This document shows, piece after piece, positions 10,442 through 21,134 of a stretch of 54,815 nt of DNA. The notes below the pieces were generated by a model that was not told where the DNA came from, made no database searches, and worked only from the letters and a program-made list of their open reading frames with translations. The number at the start of each line of letters is the position of its first letter. Within the stretch, counting starts at the first letter, position 1. Position numbers and translations under genes: made by a program. Source of the DNA: a virus (lineage: Duplodnaviria > Caudoviricetes); IMG/VR virus record IMGVR_UViG_3300046167_000572, positions 1-54,815 of that record; one strand, written 5' to 3'.

Positions 10442-11249
10442 AAATGCTCCAATATCCTTTTTCTGCACCTTCCTTAATTGTTTGTAATACTGCGGTTTCT
10501 ATAGCTGTTTGTAATGCTATGTTTGTAGACTCATTCCTAACTAAACCGCCCTCAATTTCTACCAGCTCAGTTGCATCAGTTATGAATCTAAAAACATCAC
10601 TATCAATAGATGCACTAAGTATTGTCTTTGTTACCAACACTTCAAGCAAAACCTTTCCCGTACTTACAGATACAGTTCTTAATGATATAGTCACTGTGTC
10701 TTGCTTATATTGTCTAGACATTCCTATTCCAAGATATCTAGCACCTGCACCACCGCTTTTTAGGTTACTTTCATAAGATATCACACCACCCTGCATTAGC
10801 AAACCTGCAAACATTAATGGCTGTAATTGTGTATTTTCTTTAAATTCTTTTCGTGTACTTCTTATTATTTGACGTTCTTTTGTTACGTTGTCCAATCCAA
10901 CACGTTCAACAACTTCAAAAAAGCCGTCATTATTACTTCCAGCATGCTTAAGTGCTCTTATAAGATATGCGTCTGGGGATTGTGTTACTGCTGTTGAGAA
11001 TGTTGCATAGTTGCTATTACTTCTTCTTTGCCCTGTTTGGTCTGTAAAAGATCCTGCGTATATAGCTATAACTGGCTTTACCTTATTTGCATTTTTTATT
11101 GATGCAAGCTCATATACAAGAAGAGATCCAATCTCTGGCTTCTCTATTCTTTGTAACGGGGGTATGTTGTTTTCTATTGGGTCAAATAATAAAGCACAGC
11201 TAGAAAGCAAAATTCCCGATAGGAAGAGATATAGTTGTCGTATTACCAT
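10383..11249 (-). CDS. csgG: Curli secretion channel CsgG family lipoprotein
   Basis: Lipobox LLSSC; 'FTDQTGQRR', 'FSTAVTQ', 'FEVVERVGLDNVTKERQIIRS', 'GGAGARYLGIG', 'DTVTISLRTVSVSTG'. Confidence 0.93.
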   Translation of the reverse strand: MVIRQLYLFLSGILLSSCALLFDPIENNIPPLQRIEKPEIGSLLVYELASIKNANKVKPVIAIYAGSFTDQTGQRRSNSNYATFSTAVTQSPDAYLIRALKHAGSNNDGFFEVVERVGLDNVTKERQIIRSTRKEFKENTQLQPLMFAGLLMQGGVISYESNLKSGGAGARYLGIGMSRQYKQDTVTISLRTVSVSTGKVLLEVLVTKTILSASIDSDVFRFITDATELVEIEGGLVRNESTNIALQTAIETAVLQTIKEGAEKGYWSIYENIKTINCDDDCVSAIRG

Positions 11250-11697
11250 CTGAATCTGTAATGTTTAAAGTTATTATTCCGTCTACAACATTATACTCTA
11301 TAGTGTTTCCTTCTAAAGTTAAAACACCACTATCGCTGGGAGTCTCTCCAAATAGATTCTCTACAAGCTGTCTAGATAACTGTGCATATATTCTAGACTC
11401 TAAGTTTCTTATAAATCTTGCAAGTGTTGTATTTTCTTTGTCTCTTTCTATTTCATCTTGCAATGCTTTCAGCTCTGCCTTCACGGTCATACGCCTAGAA
11501 TATTGTTGATTTTCTATAGTTAAATAATGAGCTGATGTTCCTATACCCGAAAAAGAAGGCGACTTAAATTTATGTACCATTTCATCTGATTTTACATTCT
11601 GTACAAATATACATACAAATAAAACTATGCCTATCAAAGATACAATTTTAATTATTAAATCTTTTTCTTTGGCTTCTTTAATCTCTTCTTTGGTCAT
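11200..11697 (-). CDS. csgF: Curli assembly protein CsgF-like
   Basis: Signal/TM segment, then 'EMVHKFKSPSFSG' (cf. CsgF mature N-terminus F.F.NP.FGG), 'FIRNLESRIYAQLSRQL' and C-terminal 'ITDSDGNTTTISLP'; directly upstream of csgG. Confidence 0.8.
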   Translation of the reverse strand: MTKEEIKEAKEKDLIIKIVSLIGIVLFVCIFVQNVKSDEMVHKFKSPSFSGIGTSAHYLTIENQQYSRRMTVKAELKALQDEIERDKENTTLARFIRNLESRIYAQLSRQLVENLFGETPSDSGVLTLEGNTIEYNVVDGIITLNITDSDGNTTTISLPIGNFAF

Positions 11698-12025
11698 CTC
11701 TATCCGCCTTAGCAATCTTATTGCTATCTATTAACTGTGGTACTCCGAGAATAGTTTTTATAAGAGTATCTTGCCTTATAATCTCGTTGTCTAAACTTCG
11801 CACTCTGTCAATTAATGCTACCAGAATACCGTGTTGAGAATCAAGTTTAGATCCTAAACGCTCTTCTATTGCTGATATTTGTTCTGCTACCTTTTGATCA
11901 ACAACATCGAGTTTAGTTTCCATGCCGTCTACAATACGCATTATTAATTTGTATATAAACCAACCTAGTCCGAATGCAGCTGCAACAGGAAAACCTAATT
12001 CGGTTATTATCGCAACCGCATCCAT
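11678..12025 (-). CDS. Membrane-anchored coiled-coil protein (holin-like)
   Basis: N-terminal TM 'LGFPVAAAFGLGWFIY' followed by coiled coil. Confidence 0.55.
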   Translation of the reverse strand: MDAVAIITELGFPVAAAFGLGWFIYKLIMRIVDGMETKLDVVDQKVAEQISAIEERLGSKLDSQHGILVALIDRVRSLDNEIIRQDTLIKTILGVPQLIDSNKIAKADRDDQRRD

Positions 12026-12029
12026 TTAC

Positions 12030-12188
12030 TTATTTCTTGACTTTAAAATTAAGTGCAAGTAAATCTATGTAGGAAAACATCTTTCCTATCCACTTATCAT
12101 CCTTTTGAGACGGAGTCCAAGCAGCTATTAAAGACGCACCAGTAACAATGTAAGTAACTGTTGTTATTATATCTAATAAAAAATCCAT
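12030..12188 (-). CDS. Small membrane protein (52 aa, holin-like); not in ORF track
   Basis: Hand translation MDFLLDIITTVTYIVTGASLIAAWTPSQKDDKWIGKMFSYIDLLALNFKVKK; strong SD AGGAGGTG upstream. Confidence 0.7.
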   Translation of the reverse strand: MDFLLDIITTVTYIVTGASLIAAWTPSQKDDKWIGKMFSYIDLLALNFKVKK

Positions 12189-12213
12189 ATTTCACCTCCT
12201 GTGTGAAGCATTT

Positions 12214-12239
12214 ATTATATCATTTGATTGATTAATCAA
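12214..12239 (-). promoter_or_regulatory. Extended -10 promoter (TGATATAAT) upstream of the holin/curli cassette, with adjacent 12-bp palindrome TTGATTAATCAA
   Basis: Minus strand reads ...TTGATTAATCAATCAAATGATATAATAAA, about 25 nt before the ATG at 12188. Confidence 0.55.
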
Positions 12240-12275
12240 CTAAATTAGTCCACATATAATTTTCTGAAACTTATA

Positions 12276-13004
12276 CTATTCACCACCCTCCCCGCTGTTT
12301 TCAGCGGTCAAGCTAAATGTAAAACTATAAGTGTAAGTTGTGCTACCGCTCTTTTCAAAAATAAGTTGGCTGCTGAAATTCCAATCAGAGGTTCCAGGAT
12401 CTTCAAAATCTCCCCCCGAATCTAAATTTGCATCAAAGTCTACAAAAGAGGTTGATGCTGGTATTGAGACAGCTGACCCATCATATCCAATACTAGAACC
12501 ACTATAATATGGATTTTCATCGCTTCCACTAGCAGCGTCTGTCAAAGAAACCTCATTATGTCTTACTGTATATCCCGCAGGAGGATTTGTTATTCTGTAA
12601 AGAAGAGTATTGTCTGATTGAGAATCTATATCCCCCGATCCATAAAATTTTACTTCTATGTTTCCATTCAGGTATTGAACCCTAAGTTGTATACCGCACG
12701 AGGTATTACTATCTGAACTAGATGACTCAGAAGAAAAAGAATTTATATAAGTTGTTGCAGAAGAAAAATCATGGTTATACCCTAAAATTTCTCCCACCCT
12801 GTGGGGGGCTGCTGTTTTGGAAGAATAAAGAGTTCCGCCAGGATCAGAGGCTGCTGTATTGATTGCCCCATACGTTCCTGCCCAAACAGCTGCAAGAGAT
12901 GTTGGTCCTGTGGTAAACCCATACAAGGAATGAGCATAGTTATTTTGCTCAAACTCATTACGGATTTTAGCTAATGATATAGCCCCTGAAATAGGAACTG
13001 CCAT
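12276..13004 (-). CDS. Tail-fibre-associated / putative receptor-binding protein
   Basis: N-terminus 'MAVPISGAISL..IRNEF' is typical of small proteins downstream of chaperoned tail fibres; S/G-rich beta C-terminus. Confidence 0.55.
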   Translation of the reverse strand: MAVPISGAISLAKIRNEFEQNNYAHSLYGFTTGPTSLAAVWAGTYGAINTAASDPGGTLYSSKTAAPHRVGEILGYNHDFSSATTYINSFSSESSSSDSNTSCGIQLRVQYLNGNIEVKFYGSGDIDSQSDNTLLYRITNPPAGYTVRHNEVSLTDAASGSDENPYYSGSSIGYDGSAVSIPASTSFVDFDANLDSGGDFEDPGTSDWNFSSQLIFEKSGSTTYTYSFTFSLTAENSGEGGE

Positions 13005-13007
13005 AAC

Positions 13008-13280
13008 TTATGACCAAATAGCTCCGCATACAGTTTGCACTAATGCGTCTTCACCTGATACATCTGTAGCAGATCCGCCGTCTTCTACAAATTTAAAAAT
13101 ATTTTTTACTGTTGTGCTTACAGTACCGTCTACGCCAGCATCGTTGCCTGTTCCTGTTAGACTGTGATTGTAAACCACTAGTACAGATGGGTGTTTTGCG
13201 TTTGATGTATTCTCGGCACTTGTATCAGAAAGAGGATAAACCTCACATCTTTGAACTGTTGTTACACTACTAATCGCCAT
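13008..13280 (-). CDS. Small tail-fibre accessory protein
   Basis: 90 aa; coupled to the end of the tail fibre gene; ends 'VQTVCGAIWS'. Confidence 0.55.
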   Translation of the reverse strand: MAISSVTTVQRCEVYPLSDTSAENTSNAKHPSVLVVYNHSLTGTGNDAGVDGTVSTTVKNIFKFVEDGGSATDVSGEDALVQTVCGAIWS

Positions 13281-16200
13281 TATTATTCTCCTTTAAAAGT
13301 TTAAGTTCTAGTTTCATATATTCTATCTCTTTTTGTTGATCTTTTACAGCCTCAATTAGATAACCAACCAAGTTGCCATAAGCTACTGACTTAGTGCTCA
13401 TTTCATCGTCATTGGTATGAACAAGCTCTGGTGCAATCTTTTCTATTTCTTGGGCTATAACTCCTGAACTATTTTTGCCATCTTTTTCAAAACTGACTCC
13501 ACGCATTTGTAATGCTTTTTTACCATCTAATGTTTGTATGTTACTTTTTAGTCTTTCATCTGAGTAAGCTACAACATCTCCTGTAAAAGTCCCTGTACCA
13601 CTACCGTTAACTTTAAAGTTAATTTGTCCACCTCTAGCACCAACAACAAAGTGTCTAACTTCAGCAGAGGATGAATCTGTAATTCTTCCCATCTCAATAA
13701 ACATGCCGTTAGCTGTGCTTCCACTAGTATTGTTTTGATTTATATAAGTAACAGTTTTGTTATAAGTTCCAGTATTACCATTTGCTGTATAACGATGTGG
13801 AGTTGTAGAAGATGTTTCATGATAGCCTATATTAGTTAGGTTTCTTGCGGAGTCTATTACAGTAGAGCCTGAAATGCCAATACCACCTGCAACATTTAGT
13901 TTTTGTCCAGTACCTACTGAAGCCAAGCCAATACCTAAAGTCCCACTGTTAGTATAAAAATGGTTAAGACTTCCTCTATAAAATATATAGTCAGTTGCAC
14001 TGTTGTCAGTAAAACCTATACCTGTTGTAGCATCTGTTGACTTTGTTATTAGCGGTCCATCAGAGCTAGATGTAAATTCATGCTGATTACCTCCACCATT
14101 TGCTGTAATAGTACCTGAAGATATAGTGCCTATATTAGTTAGGTTTCTTGATGAGTCTATTACATTGGTATTATTAACTCTATAACCTGCAGTATTTAAG
14201 AAAGATAAATTGCCTGACATTTCAGGTGTACCTGAAGCAGTCCATTCACCTAACGTAAAATTACCATCACTAGTCATCGTTAAACTTCTTGATACTACAC
14301 TTGACCAATGGAAGTTTAAGTTTGGAGAATACTGGTTATTGGTTGAGTTATTGGTATTTAATCCTCTTTCTCTAATAGAAATAGGCGACACCTGCCAATC
14401 ATCATGACCAGTAGTATGGTGCGAATGAAATTGACTTACATTTGCTCCTGAATTTACAATAAGTCTAGCACTAGAGATAGTTCCTATATTGCTCATATTA
14501 CGAGAAGCATCTATAACTGCTGTACTTCCTATTCTTAAAGCACCATATAAATATAAATCTGAGTTACTCGCACTTTGTCCAATAAAAACAGGATATGTTG
14601 AATTGTAGTTTAAATATAAACCTTCATAACTAGCACTATTTGGAGCTTTGCCTTCTATATGTCTTACTTTAACTGATGCATTTCCAGTACCACCGACATT
14701 AATGTCTTTTGTGGTCATTTCACTGTTATCAATAACTACCCTATCGCCACCACCTGTTCTAAATGTCCAAGAATTATCTTGTATTCTAATGTATGTGTCG
14801 GTATCACCTGTGTGATAAATATATTCACTAAGATAAAGATCACCTGATGTTGTTATATCACCACTAGAGATAGTTCCTATGTTGGTTAGGTTTCTTGCAC
14901 TTGAAATAACCTCTGTTCCGCCTACATAATATCCACCATTTACATAAAGACCGCTAGAATATAATCTTGATCTCCATGTGCTTCCTAGTCTTGTCTCAAA
15001 TCTATCTGAATATCCTAATATTGAAGTTGTAGGAACTCCTCCAGTACCTGTGGCACTAAATGCGATTACTGAAACATTATTTGCTGGATTAAATAATCTT
15101 ATATTTTCGTCATAGTTATTGAAATTTGTTCCATCATTAATCCAAACCGACCCATTTTGTATTGTTCCTGCAAAAGTGGCGTTTTGTGATGAGTTTAATA
15201 ATAAAGCCTGTGTACCAACTGTAAAAAACTTCATTGTTGAGCCTAATGATTCTGCTCTAAGCTCTACATTGTCTCTATCTGAAGCATTTAATAATAATTT
15301 ACCCCTTACAGTTCCTGCATCAGTTAGGTAGATATTATCTTCTGCTGATATAGCACCTGTACTTGTTATAGCACCACTACTTATTGAATTTATATTTACT
15401 AAGGCACGAGAATTAGTTAATACATTAGTTCCTGAAATTTGAATAAGTCCATCAACATTTAAATCATCACCAACAGTTAATGCAACTCCTGAGGTATCAT
15501 TACTAATACCTCCTCTAAATCTCGCAGCATTCTGAAAATATGAGCCTTGACTAGAGGTAACATAAAAATAATTATTATTTACTAAAACTTCGCCTGTATT
15601 TAAAACCCTGAATGAATCTGAGCCATCACTACCTCTTTTTACTTCAAATGCATAACCACTAGAACCACTTCCAGTAAAAACAGTGTTACCTGTACTTGTA
15701 ATAGCACCACTAGAGATATTTCCACTTGAGATAGTTCCTACATTTAAGTTAAAAGTTCCATTTGACCTCGTAGCCCAATCATGCCAACCATTCCCAGCTG
15801 CATTTAATACTCTTAAATTATTCCTAGAATATAAATAACTAAAATGTTGTAAATAATCACTTGATGTAACATAACCAGCAAAACTTGCGTTTTGAGCTTG
15901 GTCTATAAGAAGAGCTTGTGTCGAACCTGAAGCATTTTGACTTGTAGCAGAACCGCCAGTAAATAATACAAAATCACCACTACCACTTGTTCTCAATCTA
16001 ATAGAACCCGTATTATCAGTCATAATAAGATCTGCATTAGGGTCGTCTGCTTCTAATACTAATAATTCATTATTCGTTGATGAACTAGGTTGTAATACTT
16101 TAATAGGTGCTGAAGCAGTAATAGCCCCACTTGAGATAGTTCCTATATTAGTAAGATTACGAGAGGAGTCTATTACAGTAGTTGCATTTATTCTAAATCC

Positions 16201-19200
16201 ACCAGTTCTTGCATCTATACCAGTTGCATTAATTCTAAGCCTTTCTGCTTGTTCTGTATAAATTCTCACACGATCATTATTATCATCTAAGTAAAGCAAA
16301 TTAGTGTAGCTTGTACCTGAGCCTGTTGCCCATCCAACACCGCCACTATCATGGTAGCTTCTTAGTGTTTTTGTACCAGTACCATCTATAGTTACTGTAT
16401 TTGTTCCTGAAGAATTAGCAGTTATAGCACCACTAGAGATAGTTCCTGCAAAGGTGGCACTCCCATCTTGTGTAAAACTTAAAGCGTTAACTGGACTACC
16501 TAAATTTTCTGACTTAATAATTAATTTATTATTGTTGCTATTGCCTGAACCTTCATAAAAAAATCTCCACCCATACCCAGTACCATTTCCTCTATTTCCT
16601 AAATAAATAGCGGCATCTGAACCACCTAAATCATCTCCACCAATATATAAATAATCTGTAGTTGCAGGTGATGGATTAGCACCTAAATTCATACGAAACT
16701 TGCCACTAGTTGTTATAGCACCACTAGAGATAGTTCCTATGTTTTGTAGATTACGAGAACTTGTTAAAACACTTACAGTTCCAACTTTAAAATTAGATAG
16801 TCCTGAATGCCATACACCATTACCTGCACCTGTTAAGTCTGCTGTAGTTGACCAGTATGGATGCCCATCTGTACCAACGCCAAAAAATCTTGAATGAACA
16901 CCATGAACATCAAACTTCATACCAACTTGATTAGATGAAGGGCTAGTTCTATAAATAACTAATTGATCTGCAACATTGCCTTCATTTATAGTGACTTTAC
17001 CTGCAAAGGTAGCGTTAATAGGATCAAGTTTAAAAGCATTAGTTCCAGCATTATTAAAAAAGAATCCTTCACCATTTAAACTATCAAGAATCATAGCACC
17101 TGTAGAATCTGTAGAAATATTACTTGCTATGCCATTATTTGGTCTTTGTAAAATAAGTTTGTTTCCGCTTCTTACTTCAATATCCCCTGTACTTGTAATA
17201 GCACCACTAGAGATAGTTCCTACTGATAATAAATCATCAAAATACCAATTTTCATTAGCAAAGTCATAGCCAAACTCATGGCTATAATTAGCAGTACCAT
17301 CTATTTTAGGTGCTTGATAAGTTCTATCGTTTGTACTTGCCCAGCCATAGTTCATTTCATGTTTAGTGGTATGCCCTGATTCTACTGCTGGTGCTATTGT
17401 TCTTAATATTACGCCAGAGCCATTTGCTGTAAAAGCAGTAGAGTTATTAGACTGCACAAAACCGCTTGTTGTAATGTTTCCACTAGAGATAGTTCCTATG
17501 TTGGTAAGGTTTCTGCTTAAATCAAACCACTTAGTAGAACCCATATATAAATCGCCATCTGACTTAACAGCGAAAGTATCAAACCCACTTGTTTGATTAT
17601 AAATTCTAAACAGATCATCGCCATCTAATATATACCTTGCATGAAGACCTGTATTTTTAATATCAATACCTGCCTGTCCATTAGAAACATTGTTGTTAAT
17701 GGTAAGTTTTGCCACATCTTTATTAATGGCTATGTTGCCCGTAGTATCTAATTCTCCAGTAATTGAAGCACCACCGCTAGTGGTTTCAAACTTAGGCAAA
17801 TTATTGTGATATAGAGTTACTGCACCACCATTAGTAGCAACTAAATAATTTTTTGTTCCACCTTCATTTTGTAAATTAAGATTCGTACCTTGTAATCTTA
17901 AATTACCAGTTCCAACATCTCTTACATAACTATGACTACCGTCATGGTAAATTTGTAAATCTGAAGAGTTACCAAATACTGCTTTGTCACCATCGCCAAA
18001 GTTTAAGTTAGCAGATGTAGTACCACCATCAAAAGTAATAGTTCCTGTATTTGTAATGTTCTGGGATCCCATATTAAGGGCACCAGTCATGGTTCCGCCA
18101 GCTAGTGGTAATTTTGTAGCTATGCTATTTGTTACAGTTGTTGAGAAGTTTGCATCATCCCCCAGGGCAGCTGCGAGTTCGTTAAGAGTGTTAAGTGTAC
18201 CAGGTGCAGAGTCAGCTAGGTTAGCTATAGCTGTGTCTGTATATGCTGTTGTTGCAACTTTTGTAGAGTTGTCTCCTGCTGACTGAGTAGTGGCTGTTAC
18301 TGAAGATGCTATTGAACCTGCATTAACTGTTCCTGAAAGGTGAAGGTCTTTGAATCTTCCACTTGAATAGCCTAAATCAACAGCACCATTTGAAACACTA
18401 CCAGCACTTGTTACTGGGAAAATAGTACTACCAGCAAAACGTACCCCATAGCTACTTCCTGCTATATCTAGTCCGCTTGAATAACTACCAATACTTCCAA
18501 CTGTTGTATTATCCTTTCTAAAATCAACTAAAGTTCCATCGCTTGTCATTCTATCTAAAAACAATGCTGTACTTGCGTTTCTACTTATAGCAATATTGTC
18601 AGGCTTAACAGCAACACCTTCGTTACCTGTGTCGCTTGGTGGGAAAGTATTTGTAGTTCCAACTAAAAAATTGCCTGATGCGTCTATGACTACTTTAGGG
18701 CTTGATAAATTATCATTAGCATTATCAAAAGCAAAATATGTTTGTGATGCAGGTATTCCTAATCTCCAAGCCGCACTTGTTGCACTTTCAAACTTTTGGT
18801 TTATTAAACCTGCACTTGCAGTAGTTAAATGTAACTTTGCATCTATAGTAGTTTCGCCTATACCCAAAGACTCAGCACTAGCATCCCAAAAGAACTTTGC
18901 TGTTGTGCCTGTGTCTTCGTAAAAGGATATGTCTCCATTAGACGCTATTGCTAAACGCTTTCTTGCATTTCCTTCAGCAGTAACTCTAGTAAAGAAATCT
19001 AAACCACCATTAAATTCTCCTGATGTGGCACTTGTTTTAGAACCTTTAATAACACCAAAAACTCTTTGTGTTCCACTACCATCATCACCTTTAAAACTTA
19101 TTGAAGCACCTGAACCTACTGCTTGTGTTTCAGTTGATTCAAGTTGTAGGGTTGCACCAGTATTACTTACATCTGAACCACCTTTAATTGTAGCATCGCC

Positions 19201-20677
19201 TTCTACTGTAAACCCATCACTTACGACTGTTCCTGTTATGTCTATTCCGCTTGAGCTTGTGGCTAGTTTTGAAACATTATTGTGATATAAAGTTACTGCA
19301 CCATTTTGATTTGCTGTTAAATAAGCTTCATTTGTGCCATAAGATTTAAATTCAAGATTAGTTGCTTTTATTACAAGATTTCCAGTACCACTATCTTCTA
19401 TTCTGCTTTCTGTACCATTATGAAAGATTTGTAAATCATTAGAGCCACCATACATAGACTTAACATTGTCTAAATGTTGATTATGTTTGCTAGTTATAAG
19501 ATAACCATTACCGCCATCTAGCCTAAAATATTCTGCTACACCACCACTACCATCATCACTTCTAAATACAATGTCTTTATCATCTGCAAAGTTACTTATA
19601 AATAAATCACCAGTATTATTTAAAATATGAGTGTCTGTTCCATTATGTAAGAATCTTACATCTGAGCTATTACCCAATAATAATTCTTTGTTATCAAATA
19701 ATTTTATAGATTCAAGGTTTAATAGATTTTTTGAACTATCTATAACAGTTGTGCCACCTATTTGAATATCACCTCTAACAACATTTACAGAACCACCAGT
19801 AGATATAAATAATGCTGTAGATGTAGAGCCATTTCCTGATGTATTGTTATAGTCAGTCCAAAAACTCCAAGCACCATCTCTATACATTGCCGGCAGGTTC
19901 ATTAGTATTTCCTGATGTTGGGCTAGTGCCATATATTCTTAATGAATCGTCATCCCATGAAGGAATACCTATCCAAGCATTTTTAACTGAATTGTTAAAT
20001 GCAACTCTTGCATCTACACTTCCTGAAGCTGAGTTAACAGTAATAGTTTGTGATGATGTCATACCATCAGTAGTTACTGTTCCTGTAACGTCTATGCCTG
20101 AACTGGTTGTTTTAATTTTTTGCGAACCATTATGATTTAATTCAACTGCACCATCTTCACGGGCAATCATCATTATTTCACCATCTAGTTTTTGCATAAG
20201 AATACTAGAGCTTCCCTGTATGCGAAGTGTTCCAGTGCCAGTATCCTTAATATAACTATTACTACCATCATGGTAGATTTGTAAATCATTAGAAGCACCA
20301 AACTGAGCTTTAACATTGTCTGGGAAGGTTGTGCCGTTGGCATCTAGGTAGGCTTCTACTTCTTCGTTGATTGAAGATCCAACCTGGGGAAATGATTCTA
20401 ATACAGCCTTTATTAACCTTAGCTCTGCTAGGTCGCCTGTAACAAATGATCTTGCTGTGGTATCGTCTTGGGCTCTAACAACAGTAAGTGTGTTACCGCT
20501 TCTTGCAGTAACCTTAACTATTTCATTATTTGTTCCGTCATCGAATGTGCAATAAAAGAAATCACCGCCAGTAGGCGATGGTAATACTGAACCATCTGTA
20601 ACTGTAATGCTTGTTGCACTACTGTTTATTCCACTGGCAAGTGTCGTCCTTGCATTATTTTGAAAGACAATCGCCAT
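13270..20677 (-). CDS. Giant modular tail fibre (~2,470 aa) with C-terminal peptidase-S74-type intramolecular chaperone; split by one apparent indel near 19890
   Basis: ORFs 19880-20677 and 13270-19932 join if one G is removed (EPA-AMYRDG). Repeats 'IDSSRNLTNIGTISSG' and 'SNDLQIYHDG'; chaperone cleavage motif 'YSDERLKSNI' and 'GVIAQEIEKIAPELV'. Confidence 0.88.
14468..17497. repeat. Dispersed 18-bp repeat CCACTAGAGATAGTTCCT in the tail fibre gene
   Basis: Exact copies at 14861, 16430, 16721, 17204 and 17480; one-mismatch copies at 14468, 15722 and 16127; encodes GTISSG. Confidence 0.9.
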
Positions 20678-20694
20678 TAACTACCTCTTTTTAT

Positions 20695-21126
20695 TTAACT
20701 AACTGTGACCGTCCAAGTAATTGTCATTGAGTCAGCAGATCCTTTATTTACAACAGAAAAGACTGTTCTACACAACATTGTACCACTAGACGATGCATTG
20801 AATATACCAGCTTCAGTTATTGCACCAGTTCCTGTACCTGGACCGAATGTTGCAACATATACAATGTCATTACCTGTAACATTTGTTGATGTTAGTGCGG
20901 TTCTGCTTCCTGATATCTGTGATCCCAGGGCTGAGTCTGAAGCCGCTGCTGCTGTAGATCCTGTGCCAACAGACATGTGTGTCATTGCAGTAGTAGAAGC
21001 ATCCTTCATTCTTGATGCCACATATTCCTTACCGTCAGTAACGACTATGTTAGGTACCTCTGCAACAACCTCGTTGTTGACTTCTATTTTCAATTTACCT
21101 GTTAGTTTAAAATTATCAACTATCAT
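20695..21126 (-). CDS. Virion structural protein (tail-fibre anchoring type)
   Basis: 'NIVVTDGK', 'GTGSTAAAASD.ALG', 'ITEAGIFNA..GTMLCR', 'TITWTVT' motifs are common in phage tail proteins. Confidence 0.65.
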   Translation of the reverse strand: MIVDNFKLTGKLKIEVNNEVVAEVPNIVVTDGKEYVASRMKDASTTAMTHMSVGTGSTAAAASDSALGSQISGSRTALTSTNVTGNDIVYVATFGPGTGTGAITEAGIFNASSSGTMLCRTVFSVVNKGSADSMTITWTVTVS

Positions 21127-21134
21127 TTTTGCTC

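Noticed and set aside
13270-20677. Diversity-generating retroelement or invertase shufflon acting on the tail fibre
   Set aside because: No reverse transcriptase or serine invertase is present, no adenine-specific TR/VR pair was seen, and the repeats are direct and in frame.
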